From the NCBI GenBank assembly GCA_964442255.1, contig CAYTYC010000008.1:1-53972 (forward strand): DNA of 53,972 nt. The letters are read 5' to 3'. Each line of letters begins with the position of its first letter. The stretch's first letter is position 1. Shown piece after piece: positions 47,151 through 53,972 of the stretch. Both the position numbers and the translations under genes were made by a program. The notes under the pieces were generated by a model that did no database searches, was not told where the DNA came from, and saw nothing but the letters and a program-made list of their open reading frames with translations. Source of the stretch: an uncultured archaeon (GTDB taxonomy: Archaea > Iainarchaeota > Iainarchaeia > Iainarchaeales > 1-14-0-10-31-34).

Positions 47151-47960
47151 TTGACAGTGAAAGAGACTCAAAGGTATTTTGCATTCGGCTTAATGATTTA
47201 CACTTTGGTAATCGTTGGGGCTGTTTTTTGGGGGGTAAGCTCAATAAACCAAAACATTAACACCGCTTTGGTTGGCTTAAAGGCGGCAGATTTGGAAGGC
47301 AATGCGCAGCCTGAACCGCAGGTGCAGCCTGAGCCTGAATTAGGGCCTGAACCAGGGCCTGAACCGGAGCCAGAAGCACCGCAGATAAATTTGGCGGAGC
47401 TGGCAAAAGGCGTGGCCTCAATCGGCCCTGAAGACGCAAAGGTAACGGTAGTGGAGTTTTCAGACTTCCAGTGCCCTTATTGCGGGGCCGCATTCGGAAG
47501 CCATGAGGAGTTGGTTGCACAGCTTAAGGCAAGGGACCCAAGCTGGGAAGCGGCAATCCCAAAACTGAAGGAACTTGCAAAGGAAGGGACAATACGTTTT
47601 GTTTACAGGGACTTCCCTTTGGGTTTCCACCAGTACGCGCAAAAGGCTTCTGAAGCCGCACGCTGTGCGGCAGACCAGGGAAGCTTTTGGGACTACCATG
47701 ACACACTTTATGAAAACCAGGATGCGCTGGACGTGGATTCATTGAAGCAGCACGCGGAAGACCTTGGCATGGATTCAGAGGAATTCAGTTCCTGCCTTGA
47801 CTCGGGAAAGCACGGGCAGGCTGTAAAGGACGACTTCGATTACGGCGCAAGCATCGGGGTGAGGGGAACGCCGGCTTTCTTCATTAACGGCGAACTCATT
47901 TCAGGCGCGCAGCCTTTCAGCGTATTCGAGGAAGCAATCAACGGCGCTTTAGGGGAATAA
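47151..47960 (+). CDS. DsbA-like protein with a Pro/Glu-rich linker and a CPYCG active site
   Basis: EFSDFQCPYCG, RDFPLGFH, GVRGTPAFFING, GAQP. Confidence 0.92.
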   Translation: MTVKETQRYFAFGLMIYTLVIVGAVFWGVSSINQNINTALVGLKAADLEGNAQPEPQVQPEPELGPEPGPEPEPEAPQINLAELAKGVASIGPEDAKVTVVEFSDFQCPYCGAAFGSHEELVAQLKARDPSWEAAIPKLKELAKEGTIRFVYRDFPLGFHQYAQKASEAARCAADQGSFWDYHDTLYENQDALDVDSLKQHAEDLGMDSEEFSSCLDSGKHGQAVKDDFDYGASIGVRGTPAFFINGELISGAQPFSVFEEAINGALGE

Positions 47961-48040
47961 AATCCCCCCTTACTTTCTTTTTCTCTTTAAGTTTTTTCCA
48001 AATCTTTAAATTCTGAACGCCCTTATTGTATAGGGCGCAC

Positions 48041-49522
48041 ATGAAACAAAATGTGAAACTCTTTATTAACGGAAAATGGCTTTCCTCTTCCACGGGAGAC
48101 AGGCTGAAAAACCTTAACCCCGCAACAGGCGAATCCATTGGAGCAAGCGAATTGGGGTCAAAAGAGGACGTGAAAAAGGCGGTTGACGCTGCGGAAAAAG
48201 CATTTGAGCCCTGGAGTTCAACACCCGCGCCCCAAAGGGCAAAAATTTTATTGAAGGCCGCTGACTTAATGCAGAAAAGAAAGGAATCCCTTTCCAGACT
48301 GCTTACAAGGGAAATGGGAAAGGTTTTGCCTGAAGCGCGCGGGGACGTGCAGGAAGCAATTGACATCACGCTTTACGCGGCAGGCGAAGGCAGAAGGCTT
48401 TTCGGGGAAACAACGCCCTCTGAACTGAAAGACAAGTTTTGCTTCACAATCCGCCGGCCTCTTGGGGTTGTGGGAATGATTGCCCCCTGGAATTTTCCAA
48501 TTGCAATTCCCTGCTGGAAGGCAATGCCTGCATTGGTTGCAGGCAACACCGCGGTATTCAAGCCGGCTGAGGACACCCCAGTCCTTGCATCCGAAATGGT
48601 TAAAATTCTGCATGAAAGCGGTCTCCCGAAAGGCGTTTTTAACATGGTCACGGGCTCGGGGGAAGAAGCAGGCCAGGCGCTTGTGCACAGCAAAAAAGTT
48701 TCGGCAATCTCTTTCACGGGCTCAAAGGAAACCGGTTCCCTGATAATGTCACAGGCAGCAAAGGACGTAAAGCATGTTTCACTGGAGTTGGGGGGAAAAA
48801 ACCCGCTTATTGTGATGGATGACGCAAAGCTTGACCTGGCCTTGGATGGAATAATCTGGGGCGGCTTTGGAACTTCCGGGCAAAGGTGCACCGCCGCAAG
48901 CAGGGTGATAGTGCACAGGAAAATTAAAGCAAAGCTTTTGAAGAAACTGGTTGCGGCAACCAAGCGCCTGAAGCTCGGAAACGGCTTGAATCCAAAGACA
49001 GATGTCGGCCCCGTAATCAACCGCGCACAGCTGGAAAGAATCGAGCATTACGCGGAAATCGGAAAAACAGAGGCAAAACTTTTAACCGGCGGAAAAATCG
49101 TTCACCCAAAGGGATTGAAAAAGGGCTTTTTCTTTGAGCCCACAATTTTTTCTGATGTTGACGAAAACGCGGTAATCGCGCAGGAAGAAATTTTTGGCCC
49201 CGTTGTTTCGGTGATTGAGGCAAAGGACTTTGGTGACGCAGTCTCCAAGGCAAACAATTCAAAGTACGGGTTAAGCAGCGCAATTTACACTGAAAACTTG
49301 TTCAACGCATTCAAGGCAATTGAAAAGCTTGACACAGGGGTGGGGTATGTTAATGCATCCACAATCGGCGCGGAAGTGCACCTTCCATTTGGGGGAACAA
49401 AGGGAACAGGAAACGGCTTCAGGGAAGCCGGCACTGAAGCGGTGAAAGAGTTTACGGAAATAAAGGCCTGCTACATTGATTTCTCCGGAAAACTGCAGAA
49501 AGCCCAGATTGATGCTGAATAA
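48041..49522 (+). CDS. NAD(P)-dependent aldehyde dehydrogenase
   Basis: PWNFP, FTGS, LELGGKNP, GQRCTA, EEIFGP, PFGG. Confidence 0.96.
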   Translation: MKQNVKLFINGKWLSSSTGDRLKNLNPATGESIGASELGSKEDVKKAVDAAEKAFEPWSSTPAPQRAKILLKAADLMQKRKESLSRLLTREMGKVLPEARGDVQEAIDITLYAAGEGRRLFGETTPSELKDKFCFTIRRPLGVVGMIAPWNFPIAIPCWKAMPALVAGNTAVFKPAEDTPVLASEMVKILHESGLPKGVFNMVTGSGEEAGQALVHSKKVSAISFTGSKETGSLIMSQAAKDVKHVSLELGGKNPLIVMDDAKLDLALDGIIWGGFGTSGQRCTAASRVIVHRKIKAKLLKKLVAATKRLKLGNGLNPKTDVGPVINRAQLERIEHYAEIGKTEAKLLTGGKIVHPKGLKKGFFFEPTIFSDVDENAVIAQEEIFGPVVSVIEAKDFGDAVSKANNSKYGLSSAIYTENLFNAFKAIEKLDTGVGYVNASTIGAEVHLPFGGTKGTGNGFREAGTEAVKEFTEIKACYIDFSGKLQKAQIDAE

Positions 49523-49652
49523 TTCCAAACGCGAATCATGCCCCTTTGTTAATTGAAACAACCCGCCGAAAGGGAAACCGCAGAAAAAGCCCGGGAAGAA
49601 GAAAAACGGGCAGGTAATATCTTTAATTAATGTTTTTCATTGAATTTTTTGA

Positions 49653-50237
49653 ATGAATTTCAGGGAAACACTTTTCTGGCCTGTTTTTTTCCTGAACATT
49701 GCCGGCTTCCTTTATGGGATAACCCTTTTTTACCCGCTTCAGCTCCTTTCAGCCTCCCCTTTTCTCTGGATTTTCATTCCAGACTGCCCGCTGTTTGCAT
49801 TGACTTTTGCGTTAAGCCTCTTGTTTTTGAGGCTCGGAAAGCGCTGGAATTTTTTCTATTTTCTTTCATTCGCTGGCGGATTAAAGTACGGCTTTTGGAC
49901 AGTTTTTGTTTTGGCTTTTTACAGTTCCTTTTATTTTTCCCCGCAAACCGCGTTAATGTACGGAGCGCTTTTCGTTGCGCACATTTTTTTGTTCCTTGAG
50001 CAGTTCGCCTTGCCTGGAAAAGTCCGGGTGAAGGCGTGGTTTCTTCCCGCCGCGCTGCTTTTTTTCTTTTTGTTTGACGTTCCCGACTACCTTTTCTTTT
50101 TCACCCATCCGCCTCTCCCTTTGGAAGGAATTGAATTCATGTTTTACGCAACGCTTGCGATGACCGCGTTTTTTTCTTTTTTCTCCTTTTTTGCGCTGAA
50201 AAAATTTTTCCGCCCGATACTCAATATTTTCCCTTAA
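49653..50237 (+). CDS. DUF1405 family membrane protein
   Basis: WIFIPDCPL, LKYGFWT. Confidence 0.8.
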   Translation: MNFRETLFWPVFFLNIAGFLYGITLFYPLQLLSASPFLWIFIPDCPLFALTFALSLLFLRLGKRWNFFYFLSFAGGLKYGFWTVFVLAFYSSFYFSPQTALMYGALFVAHIFLFLEQFALPGKVRVKAWFLPAALLFFFLFDVPDYLFFFTHPPLPLEGIEFMFYATLAMTAFFSFFSFFALKKFFRPILNIFP

Positions 50238-50327
50238 TTCGCTTTTTTTAAGCCCTTCAACCATCAACCTTTAAATATTAGTTTGTACCTCTTTTACTCA
50301 ACTTATTTGACAGGAGGTGTACGCTTA

Positions 50328-51032
50328 ATGGCGCTTGATACAGGAGCTTTAACGAACGACCTTACGCTTTACGTGAACAATCTTCTCTTCGGCGCAATGG
50401 ATTTCATTGTCGGCCTGGTGCTGGTGCTCATATTCCTTATCATCGGTTACCTGGTTGCGAAGATTGTGAACAGCATAATACTGAAAGCCCTTCAGGGAAT
50501 ACGCCTGGAGGAATGGGTCAAAAACAGAAACCTTCAGGGCGCGCTTGGCGGCTTCACGCTGACAGGCCTTATTTTGCTTTTGGTTAAGGTTTCAATTGTC
50601 ATTGCTTTCCTTGGCGCCGCGGTGCAGGTAGTGCAGGTGGCTTTTTTCACCGAACTGCTCGGCGGGCTTTTGGGCTACATTGTCAGCCTGACCAAGGGAC
50701 TGGTGATAGTTGTCGCATTCCTCTTTGTTTCAAAGTACCTGACAAACATTATCAGGAGCGAAAAGAGGTTCCTTTCAGGGCAGGTGGCTTTCGGAATAAG
50801 GGCACTCCTTGCTTACATTGCCATAATCATAGCGTTGCCTTTCTTCCTGCCGGGAGCGAACGTTGAAGTATTAATTCAGCTGCTTACTTTGCTGCTGCAG
50901 GCCGTTATCCTGGCCTTCGGTTTGGCGGTTGGCTTGGCTCTTGGGCTCGGGTTGAAAGACTCTGTAAGCAAAGCTGCGGCAAAAAACCAGCCGGCGTTCG
51001 ACAGCTTTTTCGGCAAGCTAGGAAAAAAGTAA
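50328..51032 (+). CDS. TM-helix-repeat protein (MscS/CmpX-like membrane domain)
   Basis: LIIGYLVAKIV, AFGLAVGLALGLGLKD; AGGAGGTG SD. Confidence 0.8.
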   Translation: MALDTGALTNDLTLYVNNLLFGAMDFIVGLVLVLIFLIIGYLVAKIVNSIILKALQGIRLEEWVKNRNLQGALGGFTLTGLILLLVKVSIVIAFLGAAVQVVQVAFFTELLGGLLGYIVSLTKGLVIVVAFLFVSKYLTNIIRSEKRFLSGQVAFGIRALLAYIAIIIALPFFLPGANVEVLIQLLTLLLQAVILAFGLAVGLALGLGLKDSVSKAAAKNQPAFDSFFGKLGKK

Positions 51033-51098
51033 CGCCTTTTTTCCCTCTTTCTTTATTTTTTTTTATTTTTTTTTATTGACTTTACCAAATGAAAAATC

Positions 51099-51131
51099 AG
51101 ATGCCCCGGCCTTCAGGCAGGAGAGCAGTCA
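51099..51131. repeat. Isolated IS200/IS605-like right end (family C)
   Basis: GATGCCCCGGCCTTCAGGCAGGAGAGCAGTCA, similar to 15508-15540. Confidence 0.65.
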
Positions 51132-51204
51132 TTTTTTCCAGGCCTTCCGCACGCAAAAGCGAAACATTAAAATACCGGCTCACCCTTTATCTTTTTGATT
51201 AAAA

Positions 51205-51565
51205 ATGTTTGAATTCAGGGGAAAAGGCCTCCGCACACTCGCGTTGACCGTAGTTTGGGGGGCGGTTGCGGCGTCAACTTTTTTCGCGATTTCCGAAGCA
51301 ATTTCCCCGGAATTTTTTGCATTAAACCTTCTTCCCTTGTTTGTTTTCGGCTGGCTTGCAAGCTTCCTTGTTTTAACCAAAAAAAAGAGGGATTGACTTG
51401 CAGCTTGCATATTTTATTGCGGGCGCAATCGCAGGGCTGATTGCCTTTGCGGTTAATGTTCCCGTGCAGTTTTTTTTGCAGGGAAGCATTAACTGGCTTT
51501 CCGCCCTTTCCACCGCGCTTGGGGTTGGAATAATTTTTTCCCTCCTCACGATGCGGCACAAATAG
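51205..51565 (+). CDS. Small membrane protein split at an A8 tract (51379-51386), or two tiny membrane genes
   Basis: ORF 51205-51396 continues in the +1 frame as GIDLQLAYFIAGAIAGLIAF...LLTMRHK* to 51565. Confidence 0.55.
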
Positions 51566-51569
51566 CACT

Positions 51570-52121
51570 TCACTTTTTTCTTTCCAGCAAAACTTTTTTT
51601 CCCACTTCCCTGAACTCGGAGCCCATTGCATGCATCAAATAATCCAGTTCATCCAGTTTGGGGGAATTTCCTTGCATGTGTTCGCATTCCGCGTGCACAA
51701 TTTTTCCTACCACAATCACGTGGTCGCATTCCCTTACTTCCACGGCTTCCTGCAGCCTGCATTCCAGCACGCTTTTTGATTCATTCAATTTGGGAACCTT
51801 TACCTTTGCGCTTTCCTTCAGCGTGAGGCCGCTTTTCTTTATTCTCTCCTTAAAATCCCCGTATTTTTTCTCGCACTCCAAAGCTTTTTGCGCGAAATCC
51901 TCTGAAACAATGTTCACCACAAATTCCTTTGTTTTTTTTATGTTTTCCAGCGTCAGTTTTCCGTGCGCTATCCCGGCAATAAGCATCGCCGGCTCAAACG
52001 AAATCGGGTACACAAAAGAGTAAGGCGCTGCGTTTACCCTCCCTTTTTCGTCCATTGAGGTAATCAGGGCGGTTACCCTTGGGGACAAAAGCCTGGCGCT
52101 ATGCTTCAACTGGACTTCCAT
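51570..52121 (-). CDS. Flavin reductase family protein
   Basis: GRVNAAPYS, TLENIKKTKEFVVNIV, LECRL, DHVIVVGKI. Confidence 0.92.
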   Translation of the reverse strand: MEVQLKHSARLLSPRVTALITSMDEKGRVNAAPYSFVYPISFEPAMLIAGIAHGKLTLENIKKTKEFVVNIVSEDFAQKALECEKKYGDFKERIKKSGLTLKESAKVKVPKLNESKSVLECRLQEAVEVRECDHVIVVGKIVHAECEHMQGNSPKLDELDYLMHAMGSEFREVGKKVLLERKK

Positions 52122-53133
52122 TCAACCCCTCCAGGGAATACTTTCTTGAGCCCAGCCCCTTTTTTTCCAGGAACTCGGTCTGCTTTTCCGGGGAAACGTA
52201 TTTGAGGTGCGAGAACCAGTTTTCCCCGAACGCCTTGTTGATTAAGTCGATTGACGCCTGGTCGATTGCGGCTGGGTCATCCGAGGCAAGCATTCCGGTG
52301 TCTTTCACCATTTTTTTTCCGGGGGCAAGGGCGCAGTCGCATAAGGGCGTGATGTCAGTCAAATAATTGATGTACAGGATTTTTCCTTTTTTGAAGGTGC
52401 CGATAACCGCGCCGGCCGCGTCTGCAAGCACCTCGCCAAACCATCCGGCTTTCGGATTGAGCGCATTTTGCGGGCACTGCTCCACGCATCTCCCGCACCC
52501 GTAACAGCATTTATAATTTATTGAAATCTTTCCGTTTTTCACTTCATTGCAGCCGAAATTGCAGTATTCGGTGCACAGGCCGCAGCCAACGCACTTTTCC
52601 CTGTCAACTTCCGGCTGGGCCGCGCAGTGCACGTCCCACTTGCTTTCCCTGCTCAATCCCCCCATCCCAAGGTTTTTTATCCCGCCCCCGAAACCCGCGG
52701 CAATGTGGCCTTTTCCGTGGGAAAGGACAACCATTCCGTCCGCTTCATCCAGTTCCCTGCAGACCTCGTATTCCATGGACTTTCCCTTCACTTTCCTGCC
52801 CTCATTCCCTATCACAACCTCGCAGCCCATTGTCTCTTTTGTGAACCCGTTTTTCCTTGCGGTTTCCAAATAATCTTCTTTGGTGTGCCTGTTTGCATGG
52901 TAGGCTGTCAGTGAATCGAATACAAACACCCCGCATCCAAGGCTCTTCAGGAATGAAGCAATCCTTCCCGCGACGGGGGGGCGGATGTAATTCAGGTTGC
53001 CGTATTCCCCCATGTGCAGTTTTACCGCAATTTTTTCCCCTTTCCCGAACCGTTTTCCTGCTTTCAGTTTTTCCAGTGCCTTATCCAGGTTGCCTAAAAA
53101 GGGTTCCCCGAAAAACCAAACCTTTGAGGCCAT
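52099..53133 (-). CDS. DUF362 domain iron-sulfur protein
   Basis: AVKLHMGE, SHGKGH, GGGIKNLGMG, two CxxCxxCxxxC ferredoxin motifs, CDC, DPAAIDQAS. Confidence 0.92.
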   Translation of the reverse strand: MASKVWFFGEPFLGNLDKALEKLKAGKRFGKGEKIAVKLHMGEYGNLNYIRPPVAGRIASFLKSLGCGVFVFDSLTAYHANRHTKEDYLETARKNGFTKETMGCEVVIGNEGRKVKGKSMEYEVCRELDEADGMVVLSHGKGHIAAGFGGGIKNLGMGGLSRESKWDVHCAAQPEVDREKCVGCGLCTEYCNFGCNEVKNGKISINYKCCYGCGRCVEQCPQNALNPKAGWFGEVLADAAGAVIGTFKKGKILYINYLTDITPLCDCALAPGKKMVKDTGMLASDDPAAIDQASIDLINKAFGENWFSHLKYVSPEKQTEFLEKKGLGSRKYSLEGLNGSPVEA

Positions 53134-53202
53134 GTGAAGAGTTTTGGGGCAAATGAATTTAAATCTATTATCCCATTAATTTGTTCAGGGGGGCTGAAAC
53201 AG

Positions 53203-53925
53203 TTGATTGAATTAAAGAATGTCGGGCACTTAAGCAAGGCAGTGGGCGCAATCTCCACCTTTATTTCTGAAGGCAATTTCCGCTTCAACGACAACGGGGT
53301 GAGCCTGAAGGCAATTGACCCGAGCCAGATTGTTTTGGTGAATTTCCGGATGCCCAAGGCTTCATTTGAAAAATTTGACCTGGAGCCCTCTTTTATCGGC
53401 CTGGATTTGGTGGAATTGAACAAGATAATGCAGCGCTCGCTCCCCGAGGACAGGCTTTCCCTTGACCTGAATGACTCCGAAATGCGTCTCCTCTTTTTTG
53501 GGGAACTGGAAAGAAGCTTTAATCTTCCGTTGATAGACGTTTCCGAGGACGAGGTCACGATTCCGTCCGCGGAGTTTGAGGCGGAAATCACGATAAAGGC
53601 ACGCATTTTAAAGGAGGCCCTGAAGGACGCCTCATTGTTCGGCTCTTCCGTTGTTTTGCGCGTGAAGGAAGGCTCTCTTTCAATTGAGGCCCGGGGAAGC
53701 CAGGGAACAATGAAAACCCTTGCAAAGCAAACCAAAAACGTTGAAGTCAGGTCCAACAAAGAGGTTGTAAGCAAATATTCGCTGAATTTTTTCTCCAACC
53801 TTTTGAAGGAAGCCGACCCCGACTCCAAAGTTAAGCTGCAGCTGAAAACCGACGCGCCCATGAAGGTAAGCTACAGGCTCGGCAACTCTGAAATAGAATT
53901 CCATTTGGCGCACATGATATTGTAG
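53203..53925 (+). CDS. pcn: DNA polymerase sliding clamp PCNA (paralogue 2)
   Basis: LKAIDPSQIVLV, GLDLVEL, FNLPLID, LKEALKDA, FHLAHMIL; TTG start inferred after a GGGGGG SD. Confidence 0.9.
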   Translation: MIELKNVGHLSKAVGAISTFISEGNFRFNDNGVSLKAIDPSQIVLVNFRMPKASFEKFDLEPSFIGLDLVELNKIMQRSLPEDRLSLDLNDSEMRLLFFGELERSFNLPLIDVSEDEVTIPSAEFEAEITIKARILKEALKDASLFGSSVVLRVKEGSLSIEARGSQGTMKTLAKQTKNVEVRSNKEVVSKYSLNFFSNLLKEADPDSKVKLQLKTDAPMKVSYRLGNSEIEFHLAHMIL

Positions 53926-53972
53926 AAAGTGACTGGCAACCATGGTATTGTAGAAAGTGACTGGCAACCATG
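53913..53972. repeat. 28-bp tandem duplication at the window end
   Basis: CATG(A/G)TATTGTAGAAAGTGACTGGCAAC twice, plus CATG. Confidence 0.85.

Noticed and set aside
49550..49560. ATTGAAAC motif (also near 36660) resembling a CRISPR repeat 3' end
   Set aside because: Single isolated occurrences with no periodicity.
1..53972. tRNA or rRNA genes
   Set aside because: No cloverleaf, T-loop or rRNA-like segment was seen in the intergenic regions by eye; tRNAscan-SE would confirm.

Overview
Archaeal genomic segment; gene repertoire and style suggest a DPANN archaeon, possibly Iainarchaeota/Diapherotrites (inference). Mostly housekeeping genes: topA, cdc48, cdc6/orc1, YchF-like NTPase, rfcL, pheST, rnz, csl4-rpoL, two PCNA paralogues, lemA-htpX, vapBC, two DsbA-like proteins, an aldehyde dehydrogenase and six pilin-like proteins with class III signal peptides. 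The main observation is a LonB protease gene broken into two separately initiated ORFs at the canonical intein site (DPLQ|C...[11 protein letters not shown]), with the intein's LAGLIDADG endonuclease lying between them as a separate out-of-frame ORF. This looks like a naturally split intein needing protein trans-splicing. Other observations: several families of small palindromic repeats (one inserted in frame in a CDS, several with IS200/IS605-like ends); a duplicated rfcL 3' end (PIP box) bracketing a tandem-repeat gene with a sigma70-region-2-like segment; and two genes apparently split at A8 tracts. No tRNA, rRNA or CRISPR array was seen. There is one 100-N scaffold gap (27203-27302). All family assignments come from motif recognition, not database searches.
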